A stretch of 52,222 bases of DNA from Thermoplasmata archaeon (GTDB lineage: Archaea > Thermoplasmatota > Thermoplasmata > Lutacidiplasmatales > UBA184), in assembly GCA_028864975.1 (NCBI GenBank), contig JAGWLG010000025.1, forward strand, positions 1-52,222, read 5' to 3'. Below are positions 33,392 through 43,368 of this stretch, piece after piece (position 1 is the stretch's first letter; the number at the start of each line of letters is the position of its first letter). The notes beneath the pieces were generated by a model. The model saw nothing but the letters and a program-made list of their open reading frames with translations. It made no database searches and was not told where the DNA came from. A program made the position numbers and the translations under genes.

Positions 33392-34654
33392 CTAGGGGTA
33401 GATGCCGCGGACCCGCATCGCTTCGACAACGCGTCCGACCGCGACGATGTAGGCCGCCGTGCGGTTGTGGACGTTGTTCTTCTTGGCGACGTCCGCCACG
33501 GAGCGGTAGGAGGCCGACATCACCCGCTCAAGGCGGGAGTTGACGTCGTTCACGTCCCAGAAGTACCCCTGCAGGTCCTGGACCCACTCGAAGTAGCTCA
33601 CGGTGACACCGCCCGCGTTCGCGAGGACGTCGGGGAGGACGGTGACCTTGTTCTTGTGCAGGATCTCGTCCGCCTCAGGGGTCGTGGGGCCGTTCGCGGC
33701 CTCCGCGACGATCTTCGCTCTCACGTCCTTGGCGTTCTCCTTCGTGATCTGGTTCTCGAGCGCGGCCGGGATGAGCACGTCGCATTCGAGCCCCAAGAGC
33801 TCGCTGTTCGAGACCTTCTGGGACCCGGGGAACCCGACGACGCTCCCCCTCTCCTGCTTGTACTTCTCCACGGCGGCGATGTCGAGCCCGCTCTTGTTGA
33901 GGATCCCGCCCTTGGAGTCGGACACGGCGATGACCTTGGAGCCAAGCTCCTTCGACACAAGGTTCGCGGCGATGCTCCCCGCGTTCCCGAAGCCCTGAAC
34001 GGCGACGGTGGCCCCCTTGGTCTTGAGGCCCTGGTCCTTCGCGGCCTCGCGGATGACGTACATGCACCCGCGACCGGTCGCTTCCCCGCGTCCCTCGGAA
34101 CCTCCGATGGAGAGCGGCTTGCCCGTCACGACCCCGGGGACGGAGTACCCCTTCTGCATCGAGTACGTGTCCATGATCCAGGCCATGGTCTGGCTGTCCG
34201 TGTACACATCGGGCGCGGGCACATCCATCTCGGGCCCGATGATCGGGGCGATCTCGCTTGCGAAGCGCCGGGTCATCCGCTCGAGCTCCCCCTTGCTCAT
34301 CGCCTTAGGGTCGCAGATGATGCCGCCCTTCGCCCCGCCGTACGGCAGGTTCACCACGGCGCACTTCCACGTCATCCACGCCGCGAGCGCTCGGACCTCG
34401 TCCAGAGTGACCTGGGGGTGGTAACGGATGCCTCCCTTGGTCGGCCCGCGGGCCATGTTGTACTGCACCCGATAGCCCGTGTAGACGCGGTAGCTCCCGT
34501 TGTCCATCCGGACCGGGAAGTTGACCGTCAGCTCTCGCTTCGGGTGCTTGAGGATCTCGGTGACCCCTGCGTCCAGGTTGAGGTACTTGGCGCAAATGTC
34601 CACTTGTCGCTGGGCGGTCTCGAACGGATTCACAGCTCCACCGTTATTGGCCAT
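33392..34654 (-). CDS. gdhA: Glutamate dehydrogenase (Glu/Leu/Phe/Val family)
   Basis: GPTKGGIRYHP, MTWKCAV..PYGGAKGG, DVPAPDVYT, VQGFGNAG and ANAGGVTVSYFEWVQ motifs. Confidence 0.95.
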   Translation of the reverse strand: MANNGGAVNPFETAQRQVDICAKYLNLDAGVTEILKHPKRELTVNFPVRMDNGSYRVYTGYRVQYNMARGPTKGGIRYHPQVTLDEVRALAAWMTWKCAVVNLPYGGAKGGIICDPKAMSKGELERMTRRFASEIAPIIGPEMDVPAPDVYTDSQTMAWIMDTYSMQKGYSVPGVVTGKPLSIGGSEGRGEATGRGCMYVIREAAKDQGLKTKGATVAVQGFGNAGSIAANLVSKELGSKVIAVSDSKGGILNKSGLDIAAVEKYKQERGSVVGFPGSQKVSNSELLGLECDVLIPAALENQITKENAKDVRAKIVAEAANGPTTPEADEILHKNKVTVLPDVLANAGGVTVSYFEWVQDLQGYFWDVNDVNSRLERVMSASYRSVADVAKKNNVHNRTAAYIVAVGRVVEAMRVRGIYP

Positions 34655-34819
34655 CGACGCACCATCCCCTATCGGGGAAGGCGACCACAGCGAGTGGATA
34701 CATAACTCCGGCCCCCTTCCTGTCGGGTCGAGGTCACAAATACGATGCCGGACCGACACTCCGACGGCGGAGCAGGCCGTTCTTCCCCGCACGAGCCCTG
34801 AACGACGCCGGAACGCGGT

Positions 34820-35548
34820 TCACGGCTTACGGAAACCGCCGAGGTCCATCCCTCGACGGTAGAGCGCTCGCACGCCCTTGGACGCTGCAAAGCGGTCCAG
34901 AGCGCCGCCCAGCCATGCCGTGTTGTCCGCGAGAAGCACCCCGTGGGAGGGCATCTTGGGGTCCACGGTGGTGAACTCGAAGGTCGCGTGCTCGAAGGTG
35001 TGCAGGCTGTCGTGCAGGAAGAGGTCCACCTGGTCGAGCTCGCTCACCAGCGAAGGGAGGAGCTCCTGGCTGGGTCCGATCCGAAGGTCCCAGCCGGCGC
35101 GGAGGTGGGGCGGGACAGCCCATCCTGAGCTCTTGCCGGGGGGAAGGGCGACCGGAGAGTCCTCCTTCTCCCTGAAGGTCGCGCCCTTCTGGCGCGTGGG
35201 GAGGTCGATGGAGTGAAGGGTGCCGAAGTGGTTCTGGTTCAGGGCTTTCAGGAAGTACGCAGAGGAAACGCCCGAGGAGACCCCCGCTTCCACGACATGC
35301 TTCGGTCGCAGGAGGCGCACGAGAGCGTAGAGCTCGAACGGCGCGCGGATCTGGGCATAGAAATCGCGACCCGCTTGCTGGTGGGCGAGATCGATGGTCC
35401 GCACGAACGGGGTGTCCTTCTGCGCCTCCTCCACGGCGCCCCGAGCCTCTTCGAGGCTGCGGTCGGAGAGCTTCGCGACCCATTCCGGGTCCACCAGGTC
35501 CTGGTCTCGACGCGCCGTCGCGCTCTTCGAGGTCCGCCTCCGGGGCAT
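34820..35548 (-). CDS. Class I SAM-dependent methyltransferase (Methyltransf_24-like)
   Basis: VVEAGVSSGVSS, LHSIDLP, and DLFLHDSLHT motifs. Confidence 0.8.
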   Translation of the reverse strand: MPRRRTSKSATARRDQDLVDPEWVAKLSDRSLEEARGAVEEAQKDTPFVRTIDLAHQQAGRDFYAQIRAPFELYALVRLLRPKHVVEAGVSSGVSSAYFLKALNQNHFGTLHSIDLPTRQKGATFREKEDSPVALPPGKSSGWAVPPHLRAGWDLRIGPSQELLPSLVSELDQVDLFLHDSLHTFEHATFEFTTVDPKMPSHGVLLADNTAWLGGALDRFAASKGVRALYRRGMDLGGFRKP

Positions 35549-35595
35549 GATGGACGGATGCGAGCACGGTATTTTGGGGCCCCCGCGTCGGCGAC

Positions 35596-36579
35596 ATGAT
35601 ATTCCTCTCTTCCCATCCACCTCACGTGCCCTCGGGCGAAGCGTTCTCGTTGGAGAAGGTCTCCAAGGACTATGGGAGCCTCCACGCCCTCTCGGAGGTC
35701 ACCTTCTCCGTACGCCAGGGAGAGGCCGTCGGGTATCTTGGCCCGAACGGTGCAGGGAAGACGACCACGCTGAAGCTCCTCTCGGGCCTCACCCGCCCCA
35801 CCTCGGGAACGCTCCGGCTCGACGGCGTCGAACCGACCAAGGACCGACGTAGGGCACTCTCTTCGGTCGGGGTCCTGGTAGAGACCCCGGGGGTGCTGCC
35901 CTACGTTCGAGGGCGGGACCTGCTCGAGCACATCGCCGAGGTCAAGGGCGTGCCATTGAACGAACGAGGAGCGGCGGTCCTCCACGCGACGAAGACCCTG
36001 GACGTCGCGGAGCCTTCCGAGCGGCTCCTAGGCTCGCTCAGCACCGGGCTTCTGCGTCGCGTCCTTCTGGCTGGGGCCCTGATCGGCGACCCGAAGGTGC
36101 TCGTCCTCGATGAGCCCACGATGGGCCTCGACCCCGCCGCGCGGAACGACCTACGAAACATCCTACGGGGTCTCAAGAAGGAGGGTCGGACGATCTTCCT
36201 CTCGACCCACCTGCTGGAGGATGTGGAGGAGGTCTGCGAGCGGGTCCTCTTCCTGCGGGCCGGCCGTCTCATGGGCGAGGCCCCGGTCTCCCCCGATGGG
36301 CAGGCCCCCAGCTCGGTGGGGCCACGCACCCTCTTGGTCCGCACCTCGGACACGACCGCGCGGGAGCGCGTCGGACGGGCTGCGGGGCCCGAGGTCGGGA
36401 TCGAGGAGTCGGAGCCCGGGACCGAGTTCCTGCTGACCTTCCGGGGGGACGAGCGGAGACAGAGCGAGCTGCTCCGAGCGCTCATCGCGGGAGGGGTCCC
36501 GGTCTCTCGTGCCCAGCCCGTGGGTTCGGACCTCTCGTCGCTCTACATGCAGAAGGTGGGCCGGGAGGAGGCCACGTGA
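35596..36579 (+). CDS. ABC transporter ATP-binding protein
   Basis: Walker A GPNGAGKTT, signature variant LSTGLLRR, Walker B VLVLDEP, H-loop STH. Confidence 0.95.
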   Translation: MIFLSSHPPHVPSGEAFSLEKVSKDYGSLHALSEVTFSVRQGEAVGYLGPNGAGKTTTLKLLSGLTRPTSGTLRLDGVEPTKDRRRALSSVGVLVETPGVLPYVRGRDLLEHIAEVKGVPLNERGAAVLHATKTLDVAEPSERLLGSLSTGLLRRVLLAGALIGDPKVLVLDEPTMGLDPAARNDLRNILRGLKKEGRTIFLSTHLLEDVEEVCERVLFLRAGRLMGEAPVSPDGQAPSSVGPRTLLVRTSDTTARERVGRAAGPEVGIEESEPGTEFLLTFRGDERRQSELLRALIAGGVPVSRAQPVGSDLSSLYMQKVGREEAT

Positions 36580-37268
36580 ACGCCGTGCTCGCGAACGCCC
36601 GGTGGGAGCTCCTTAGGCTCCTGCGGTCACGACGGATCTTCCTGCTCGTGATCCCGGTCATCGCAGGACCGATCGGTAGCGCTCTCGCGTTCTTCTATTT
36701 CGGGAAGATGGAGCCGAACGGAGCGGTCCTGACCCACGGCACCGCCCTCATGCTCGGGCTGTTCGTGACCGGGGGACTCGCGGGCATGGTCATGCTCGAC
36801 CTCTCCGCCCTCTCGGCCGGGGAGGACCTCGCCCGCCGCTCGCACGTGATCGCCTTCGCGCTACCGCAGTCGCGTTCGAGCGTTCTGTTGGGCCGGCTCC
36901 TCGTGGTTTTCGGCGCCACGCTCGGGGTCTTCTCCGTAGGCGCTCTCGGGGTCTGGCCGATCGCAGGTGCCATCGTCCCGGCGCTTCCCAGCGACCCCCA
37001 TCCGCTCTACGACGCCACCCACCTCTTCCTGGCCATGCTCTCGCTCCTTTTCTTCCTCGGAGCGGTGACCCTGAACGCCTCCATCATCACCAAGAGCTCC
37101 TCGGAGGCCCTGGTGGCGGGGGTGCTCGCGGGGGTCGTGACCGCGGCCGCGGCGTTCTACTTCACCTACCTCCACCAGATCTCGCTCCTCTTCCCCGAGG
37201 TATTGCTCGTGGTGGGAGCCGTGGCCCTGGGATGGTCCTTCCTTCGGTTCGAGCGGCTCGAGAGCTGA
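36576..37268 (+). CDS. ABC-2 type permease subunit
   Basis: About six hydrophobic segments. GTGA overlap with the ATPase stop. Confidence 0.8.
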   Translation: MNAVLANARWELLRLLRSRRIFLLVIPVIAGPIGSALAFFYFGKMEPNGAVLTHGTALMLGLFVTGGLAGMVMLDLSALSAGEDLARRSHVIAFALPQSRSSVLLGRLLVVFGATLGVFSVGALGVWPIAGAIVPALPSDPHPLYDATHLFLAMLSLLFFLGAVTLNASIITKSSSEALVAGVLAGVVTAAAAFYFTYLHQISLLFPEVLLVVGAVALGWSFLRFERLES

Positions 37269-37285
37269 GGGGGGGAGCGGCGCGC

Positions 37286-38311
37286 TCAGGAGCGCGCGAA
37301 CGAGTCCCATCCGACCTTAGGGAAGGGGCGGGTGTTCCCTTCCTTGTCCTCGAAGAACGAGGGGCCCTTCTCGTGGACCGAGCCGATGACGCAGACCCGA
37401 CCTCCGGCACGAACGACGTTCTTGAGCGTCGCGTCGAAGCTCGAACGGGGGAAGCAGGTCAGGAGCTCGTAGTCCCCACCTAGGAAGGAGACCTCCTCGA
37501 CGGGCAGCCGGAGCGCTTTCGCGACCTTCACGGCGAGCGGGTCATACGGGACCCAGTCCTCTCGGAGGTGCACCGAGACGCCGGAGGCCTCGCAGAGGTG
37601 CCGTGCCGCGGCCAGAAGCCCGTCCGAAGTATCGGTGGTGGCGGTCGCTGTGGGCGCGAGGGCGAGTCCCTCACGTAGACGGGGTCGGACCCCCAGGACC
37701 ACGCCCATCGCGTCCTTCTCGGTCAGCGACCCCTCCTTCCATGCGAGGTAGGCGGAGCTCCCTCTCCCCGTGGTTCCCGTGGTCGCGATCAGGTCCCCCG
37801 GGAAGGCCCCGGAGATCGGCATCAGGTTGTTGGCGTTCGCCTCTCCCACGGCGATGGGCACGATCCCCCGCCGCTCGCTGCGCTTGCTGTCCCCACCCAG
37901 GAGATGGGTCCCGACGAGGCGCGACGCTTCCTCCAGTCCGAGGATCACCTGTTGGGCCCAGCGTGCGGGGGTGTCCGGGGGGAGCAGGAGGGCCCCCAGC
38001 AGCGCGACCGGTCGCCCGCCCTTGGCCGCGAGGTCCGAGAAGTTCACGTTCGCGGCGAACCGCCCCACCGCCCGAGGGTCCGCGGTCGCGGGGAAGTGGG
38101 TCTCCTCCATCACCGCGTCGGTGGTGAGGAGGTGAACGTTCCTTCCTCCGGTCGGGATCGCAGCACAGTCGTCGCCCAGGGGTAGGAGACCCATGCGTCC
38201 CGCGGGCAGCGTCTTGGCGATCCACTCATGCAACCCCGCTTCGGTGACCTCCTCGAGGGTGCCCGACGGGGGGGAGCGCGGGGACCCTACCTTGCGCGGG
38301 CGTTTCAGCAT
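37286..38311 (-). CDS. thiL: Thiamine-monophosphate kinase
   Basis: LGDDCA, LTTDAVMEETHF, VNFSDLAAKGG, LGGD, DTSDGL and GGDYELL motifs. Confidence 0.92.
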   Translation of the reverse strand: MLKRPRKVGSPRSPPSGTLEEVTEAGLHEWIAKTLPAGRMGLLPLGDDCAAIPTGGRNVHLLTTDAVMEETHFPATADPRAVGRFAANVNFSDLAAKGGRPVALLGALLLPPDTPARWAQQVILGLEEASRLVGTHLLGGDSKRSERRGIVPIAVGEANANNLMPISGAFPGDLIATTGTTGRGSSAYLAWKEGSLTEKDAMGVVLGVRPRLREGLALAPTATATTDTSDGLLAAARHLCEASGVSVHLREDWVPYDPLAVKVAKALRLPVEEVSFLGGDYELLTCFPRSSFDATLKNVVRAGGRVCVIGSVHEKGPSFFEDKEGNTRPFPKVGWDSFARS

Positions 38312-38332
38312 GCGCGCTCGCCCCGCTCCCGT

Positions 38333-39547
38333 TCAACCGCCAGCCGGCGGCGCATAGGGGAGGAACTCCTTCCCGAGAAGCTCCCGGCCCAGGATGATCC
38401 GCATGACGTTGAGCCCGCCCTCCGCCCCGACCATGTAGCTCATGATCCCGCGGAGCCCGAGCTCGAGCCCGACCTCCTTCGTGTAGCCGCTCGCCCCGAA
38501 CCACATCATGACCTTCTTCACCGCGTCGAACGCGAGCTGGGGCGCGGTGAGCTTCACGGCCGCGACGACGCGGTCGACCTCCCCCCGGTGGGAAGTGTCG
38601 CCCTTGAACGTGTACTGGTCGAGGAGCCACGCCGCGCGTCGGACCTGCCACTTCACAGCTTCGCTCTGGGCCCACAGGTCGGCGAGCTCGAACTGGATCC
38701 CCTCGTACTTCCCGAGCGGCTGTCCGAAGACCTGTCGTTCCTTGATGTAGGCGATGCCGGTCTCGATCGCCCGCTCGGCCGCGCCGACGCAGGCCGCCGC
38801 GACGAAGGTCCGGGCCACTTGGAACCCCTGCATCGCGAGGCTGAACCCCTTCCCCTCCTTGCCGAGGAGGTACCTCTCGGGGACATGGACCTCGTCGTAG
38901 TGGAGCATGCAGGTCGAGATCCCCATCCGGCCCATGTTGACGAGCTTCTGGGCCGTGGTCCCTTTCGCGTTCGCGGGCACGTAGAGGAAGTTGAACCCGT
39001 TGCCATCCTTCTGACGCGTCAACGTGACGTGCCCGCCACCGTTCGCTCGCGCCTCCATCACCCCGGAGAGGAAGGTCTTCTCCCCGTCGACCACGAGATC
39101 CTTCCCCACCCTCCACGAGCGCGTCCGCATGCTCGCCAGGTCGCTCCCACCCCCTGGCTCCGTCGTGGCAATGCCCAGGAACGCCTTCCCAGAGCAGACG
39201 GACGGGAGGATCTCCTTCTTCGCCTCCTCGGTCCCGTGCCGAGCGAGAAGGTAGCCCCAGCCGGCTTCGAGCAGGAAGTAGACCGCGGTGGCCATGGAGA
39301 AGTCGCCCCGTCCGATCTCTTCGGCCGCGATCTCCGTTTGGACGGCGGTGGCTCCCATGCCGCCGTACTCCTCGGGCACCGGCATCGCGAACAGCCCGAG
39401 CCGGGCCATCTCGTTCAGGACCTTCGGAGGGATGGTCCCCGTCTCGTCGATCTCCTTCTCGTTCTTCCGTAGCACCTCGTCGCCAAAACGCCGCAACGTG
39501 GACTGGAACGCCTCTTCCTCAGGGGTCAAGCGGAAGTCCATGGCCAT
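38333..39547 (-). CDS. Acyl-CoA dehydrogenase
   Basis: MDFRLTPEEEAF, VPEEYGGMG, TEPGGGSD, GEKTF, YIKERQVFGQPL..FELAD motifs. Confidence 0.92.
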   Translation of the reverse strand: MAMDFRLTPEEEAFQSTLRRFGDEVLRKNEKEIDETGTIPPKVLNEMARLGLFAMPVPEEYGGMGATAVQTEIAAEEIGRGDFSMATAVYFLLEAGWGYLLARHGTEEAKKEILPSVCSGKAFLGIATTEPGGGSDLASMRTRSWRVGKDLVVDGEKTFLSGVMEARANGGGHVTLTRQKDGNGFNFLYVPANAKGTTAQKLVNMGRMGISTCMLHYDEVHVPERYLLGKEGKGFSLAMQGFQVARTFVAAACVGAAERAIETGIAYIKERQVFGQPLGKYEGIQFELADLWAQSEAVKWQVRRAAWLLDQYTFKGDTSHRGEVDRVVAAVKLTAPQLAFDAVKKVMMWFGASGYTKEVGLELGLRGIMSYMVGAEGGLNVMRIILGRELLGKEFLPYAPPAGG

Positions 39548-39613
39548 CCTCTCGGGGCGGAGGGGACCGCCCACTTAAGGCAAGGCCCCCAACCGGGGTC
39601 GGCTCGGCCGCCG

Positions 39614-39940
39614 TCAGATCCTGTTCGCCAGGTAAGGGCCCAGGAAACCGTGGTCGACGTACTTGTAGAGGAAGTACGTGATGCCGAGCAGCAGCAGGCC
39701 GCAGAGCCACGTCATGCCGGTCGCCGCCCAGCTCGGCTTACTCTTCATCCAAAAGAACATGTCCAGAGGGTCGACACGCCACTTGACGAACTTGTAGCCG
39801 CAGTAGAGCGTGACGAGGGCGAGGAGCCCCGAGAGGGCGGGCGTGAAGACGTAGCCCAACCCCGCGCCGAACAGCAGCAGGATGAGCCCCAGGACCCCAT
39901 GGGCGTGGGACTCCGGGACCTGCGGTCGCATCCCCTGCAT
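39614..39940 (-). CDS. Small membrane protein (about 3 TM), unknown function
   Basis: Hydrophobic segments GVLGLILLLFGAGLG, LSGLLALVTLYCG and LCGLLLLGITYFL. Confidence 0.6.
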   Translation of the reverse strand: MQGMRPQVPESHAHGVLGLILLLFGAGLGYVFTPALSGLLALVTLYCGYKFVKWRVDPLDMFFWMKSKPSWAATGMTWLCGLLLLGITYFLYKYVDHGFLGPYLANRI

Positions 39941-40058
39941 CGTTCGATAGGAGGAGCGAGGTCCTGGGATATAGCTCCGCCGGGAGCACTCGGGCTTCGG
40001 CCCGAGGCGACACCGGGGCGACCGAACCCCTTTACCTGTGGAGCGCTCCCCCCTCCCG

Positions 40059-41087
40059 ATGGCGCTCAAAGTGGCCGTGAACGGCTACGGGACGATCGGG
40101 AAGCGTGTGGCGGACGCCATCCACCTCCAGAAGGACATGACGCTCGTGGGCGTCGCCAAGACCCGCCCGGGATTCGAGGGACGACGTGCCGTGGAGAAGG
40201 GGTTCAAGCTCTTCGTCGCCGGAGATGGGACGAAAGAGGAGTTCGAGAGGGCGGGGATCTCGGTCGCGGGGAACCTGCTCGACCTCTTGCAGCAGTCGGA
40301 CGTGGTCATCGACGCCACGCCCGAGAAGGTCGGAGCCGCGAACAAGCCCGTCTACGACGAGGCCAAGATCGCCGCGGTCTGGCAGGGCGGCGAGAAGGCC
40401 TCGGTCGCCGAGCACTCCTTCAACGCCCTCGCGAACTACCCGGAGTGCTTCGGCGCAAAGAAGGTCCGCGTGGTCTCTTGCAACACCACCGGCCTCGCCC
40501 GTGCCGCCTCCGTCCTGCGCAGGGACTTCGGGGTCCAGCACTGGGAAGCGACGCTCGTGCGACGTGCCGCGGACCCGGGGGAGACCAAGCGGGGCCCCAT
40601 CAACGGGATCCTCCCGACGATGTCGCTGCCCTCCCACCACGGACCCGATGTGAGGACCATCTTCCCGGACCTGCCGATCGCCACGACGGCGGTCGTCGTC
40701 CCGACCACCCTCATGCACGTCCATGTCAACCACGTCCGCCTCGCCCGGCCCCCCTCTGACGGGGGGAAGGTCCTGGAGGCGTTCCGCTCCACCCCTCGTT
40801 TCGTGCTCTTCCGAGGTTCGGACCACTTGGAAGGCACCCCTCAGGTCATCGAGTGGGCGAGGGACCTGGGGCGTCCGCGCAACGACGTGATGGAGAACGT
40901 GCTGTGGGAAGAGGGGCTCAAGCTCGACGGGGAGGACCTCTACTTCTTCCAGGCCATCCACCAGGAGTCCATCGTCGTCCCGGAGAACGTTGACGTCCTT
41001 CGGGCCATGTTCCAGCTCGAGAGCGACCCGCTCAAGAGCATCGAGCGGACGGACCACGCGCTCGGGATCGCTCGCGTGGCGACGTAA
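40059..41087 (+). CDS. gap: Type II (archaeal) glyceraldehyde-3-phosphate dehydrogenase
   Basis: VAVNGYGTIGKRVADA, VVSCNTTGL (catalytic Cys), HHGPDV and AIHQESIVVPENVD motifs. Confidence 0.95.
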   Translation: MALKVAVNGYGTIGKRVADAIHLQKDMTLVGVAKTRPGFEGRRAVEKGFKLFVAGDGTKEEFERAGISVAGNLLDLLQQSDVVIDATPEKVGAANKPVYDEAKIAAVWQGGEKASVAEHSFNALANYPECFGAKKVRVVSCNTTGLARAASVLRRDFGVQHWEATLVRRAADPGETKRGPINGILPTMSLPSHHGPDVRTIFPDLPIATTAVVVPTTLMHVHVNHVRLARPPSDGGKVLEAFRSTPRFVLFRGSDHLEGTPQVIEWARDLGRPRNDVMENVLWEEGLKLDGEDLYFFQAIHQESIVVPENVDVLRAMFQLESDPLKSIERTDHALGIARVAT

Positions 41088-41142
41088 CGGGGGCGAGCAC
41101 GCTCGCGGGAGCGCCCGTGGCCATCACGGGTTCCCACTCCCC

Positions 41143-41150
41143 TTTAAATA
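41143..41150 (+). promoter_or_regulatory. TATA box of the rpoE'-spt4-DUF359-rps24e-rps27ae cluster
   Basis: Consensus-like TTTAAATA, 27 nt upstream of ATG 41178. Confidence 0.7.
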
Positions 41151-41177
41151 GAGCGTCCTTGTCGCGGCCCGAGCCTG

Positions 41178-41810
41178 ATGTACTATCTCGAAACACGTCG
41201 GGACGTCGTCCGCATTCCTCCGTCGCGGCTCTCCCCGAACATTGGCGATGTCATCTCGGAGCTCGCCCAGCAGCAGTTCGAGGGGAAGCTCCTGGACGGC
41301 CAGAGCCTGACCGTCCTGATCATGAACGTCAAGCTCATCGGGGAGGGAAGGATCATCCACGGGGACGGCGGCGTCTACCAGGACGTGGAGTACACCGCCC
41401 TGCTCTTCCGGCCCGAGCTGCAGGAGGTTGTCGAAGGTCAGGTCGTCGAGGTCCGGAAGTTCGGGGCCTTCGTCCGCTTCGGCCCCCTGGACGGACTGCT
41501 CCACGTGAGCCAGATCATGGACGACCGGGTCAACATCGATGAGCACAACCAGCGCCTGGTCGGGGTCGAGACCAAGCGCGACCTGCGGGTGGGTTACAAG
41601 GTCCGGGCCCGCATCGTCTCCCTCTCCCTCTCGGAGATCTCCCCGCGCGACAGCCGTATCGGTCTCACGATGCGCCAACCGGGACTGGGCCGGCTCGAGT
41701 GGATCGTCGAGGCCCACAAGAAGGCCGAGAAGGCGAGCGGGGGCGGAGGCGAGCGCGGCGGCGGTAGGAAGGCCCCCGCGGCGCCAGCCCCCAAACCCAA
41801 GGCCGCGTGA
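41178..41810 (+). CDS. rpoE1: DNA-directed RNA polymerase subunit Rpo7 (E')
   Basis: VVRIPP, IIHGDGGVY, FGAFVRFGPLDGLLHVSQI and LTMRQPGLGRLEWI motifs. Confidence 0.95.
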   Translation: MYYLETRRDVVRIPPSRLSPNIGDVISELAQQQFEGKLLDGQSLTVLIMNVKLIGEGRIIHGDGGVYQDVEYTALLFRPELQEVVEGQVVEVRKFGAFVRFGPLDGLLHVSQIMDDRVNIDEHNQRLVGVETKRDLRVGYKVRARIVSLSLSEISPRDSRIGLTMRQPGLGRLEWIVEAHKKAEKASGGGGERGGGRKAPAAPAPKPKAA

Positions 41811-41822
41811 GGAGTTCGTTCG

Positions 41823-42011
41823 ATGGCGATATCCCAACGGGCGTGCCGGAACTGCCACTCCATCTCCGACCAGATGAAGTGCCCCAAGTGCGGTGGCGAG
41901 ACCAGCAAGGAATGGCAGGGGTACCTCATCGTCGTCGACCCGGAGAAGTCCGAGATCGCCCGGAAGATGGGCATCAAAGGCAGCGGTCGCTACGCTCTGC
42001 GCGTGAAGTGA
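41823..42011 (+). CDS. spt4: Transcription elongation factor Spt4 (RpoE'')
   Basis: ACRNCH..CPKCG..WQGYLIVVDPEKSEIA..GRYALRV. Confidence 0.95.
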   Translation: MAISQRACRNCHSISDQMKCPKCGGETSKEWQGYLIVVDPEKSEIARKMGIKGSGRYALRVK

Positions 42012-42024
42012 CGGGCCCGGTCCG

Positions 42025-42555
42025 ATGGACCTCTACCTTCGTCCCGAGCAACGCGCTCTGCTCGCTCGCCCCTTGGGTCCCGTGCTCCCCACCGACGAGG
42101 CCCGAGCGCGCCTTGCGAGAACGACCAACTTCGTCGCGTGCGGGGATGTGGTCAGCGTCAACGCGATGAAGTGGGGATTCACCCCTTTCGCGGCGGTCGT
42201 GGATGGACACACCCTACGCGAGACCACGACGGAGATCACGGAGCTGGGGCCCCTCGGGGCCAAGAGAGAGATCTGGACAAAGAACCCAGCCGGACAGGTC
42301 ACGGAAGAGCTCCAGCGAGCCGTCCGCGAGCTGGTCTCAGGGGGGGGCGGCCTGCTCGTCGTCGAGGGCGAGGAGGACCTCGCGGTCCTTCCGCTCGTCC
42401 GTGAGCTTCCTCTCGGTAGCACCGTTATATACGGTCAGCCAGGTGCGGGCGTCTGCTTCCTCGCCGTGGATGACGCGACGAAGGAACGCGTCCGGACGAT
42501 CCTAGAAGGCATGGAGGCACGACCCACAGGCCATGGACATCAAGGTCATCTCTGA
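42025..42555 (+). CDS. DUF359 family GTP-dependent dephospho-CoA kinase
   Basis: GDVVS, VVDGHTLR, NPAG, VEGEEDLAVLP and YGQPGAG motifs, in the typical position after spt4. Confidence 0.9.
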   Translation: MDLYLRPEQRALLARPLGPVLPTDEARARLARTTNFVACGDVVSVNAMKWGFTPFAAVVDGHTLRETTTEITELGPLGAKREIWTKNPAGQVTEELQRAVRELVSGGGGLLVVEGEEDLAVLPLVRELPLGSTVIYGQPGAGVCFLAVDDATKERVRTILEGMEARPTGHGHQGHL

Positions 42556-42970
42556 GAAGCAGAACCCGCTCCTTGGGCGGAAGGAGTACCTCTTCGAGGT
42601 CGGGCACGAAGGCGGCCCCACCCCCAAGCGTGACGACGTCCGCAAGTCGCTTGCCGAGGTCCTGAAGGTCCCCAAGGACCGGCTCATCCTGGAATGGATG
42701 CGTGCCCGGTTCGGCGTCCAGCGTTCCCGCGGGAGCGCACATGCCTACGACACGAAGGAGCTCGTCAACAAGGTCGTCCGCCAGCACATCCTGATCCGCA
42801 ACGGTCTCAAGGAGAAGCCGCAGAAGGGCCCCGGCGGCGCTGCCGCCGCCGAGACGCCCGCTGCCAAGCCCGAGGCCAAGGGCGAGACCAAAGCGGAGAG
42901 CAAGCCCAAGACCGAGAGCAAGGCCGAGGCCAAGCCTGAAGCGAAGCCGAAGGCCGAAAAGAAGGAGTGA
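42533..42970 (+). CDS. rps24e: 30S ribosomal protein S24e with K/E/A/P-rich C-terminal tail
   Basis: NPLLGRKE..HEGGPTPKR..FG motif, conserved gene order. Confidence 0.92.
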   Translation: MDIKVISEKQNPLLGRKEYLFEVGHEGGPTPKRDDVRKSLAEVLKVPKDRLILEWMRARFGVQRSRGSAHAYDTKELVNKVVRQHILIRNGLKEKPQKGPGGAAAAETPAAKPEAKGETKAESKPKTESKAEAKPEAKPKAEKKE

Positions 42971-42978
42971 ACCGACCG

Positions 42979-43233
42979 ATGGGGAAGGCTCGAACCGCGT
43001 TCTACAGCGTCAAGGGCGATGCCCTGACCCGCACCCACGCGTTCTGTCCGAAGTGCGGTCCGGGCGTGGTCCTCGCGGCCCACGCTTCCCCATCCCCCCG
43101 CCGTTCCTGCGGGAAGTGTGGCTACTCGGAAGCGGACACGGCCCCAGCCCCCAAGCCCGAGAAGCCGGCACGTGGCAAGGGCGGGCCCAAGGGCGAGAGG
43201 GCTCCGGCCCCTGCGCCCCGAGCTTCGACCTGA
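42979..43233 (+). CDS. rps27ae: 30S ribosomal protein S27ae
   Basis: FCPKCGPGVVLAAH..CGKCGYSE zinc ribbon, directly after rps24e. Confidence 0.9.
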   Translation: MGKARTAFYSVKGDALTRTHAFCPKCGPGVVLAAHASPSPRRSCGKCGYSEADTAPAPKPEKPARGKGGPKGERAPAPAPRAST

Positions 43234-43368
43234 GCGACACAGCTCTTCCCTACCCTCGACCCTCACGGGGTCCGGGACGAGCCGGGTCGATTGGCTCCGT
43301 CCATGGTGAGGGAACTCGGGGACCGCCCTCCGCTTCGCGGCGGTTCTTGAGCGTGGGACCTTCACAAC

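Noticed and set aside
31324-34654. DUF1015-PRTase-gdhA as a novel pathway
   Set aside because: All are widespread families and nothing in the sequence ties them together beyond shared orientation.
33467-34705. 412-aa ORF antisense to gdhA (also long antisense ORFs over purD, the ABC ATPase, MFS, the TPR gene and the acyl-CoA dehydrogenase)
   Set aside because: Typical shadow ORFs of GC-rich genes, produced by codon bias on the coding strand. They have no recognisable motifs.
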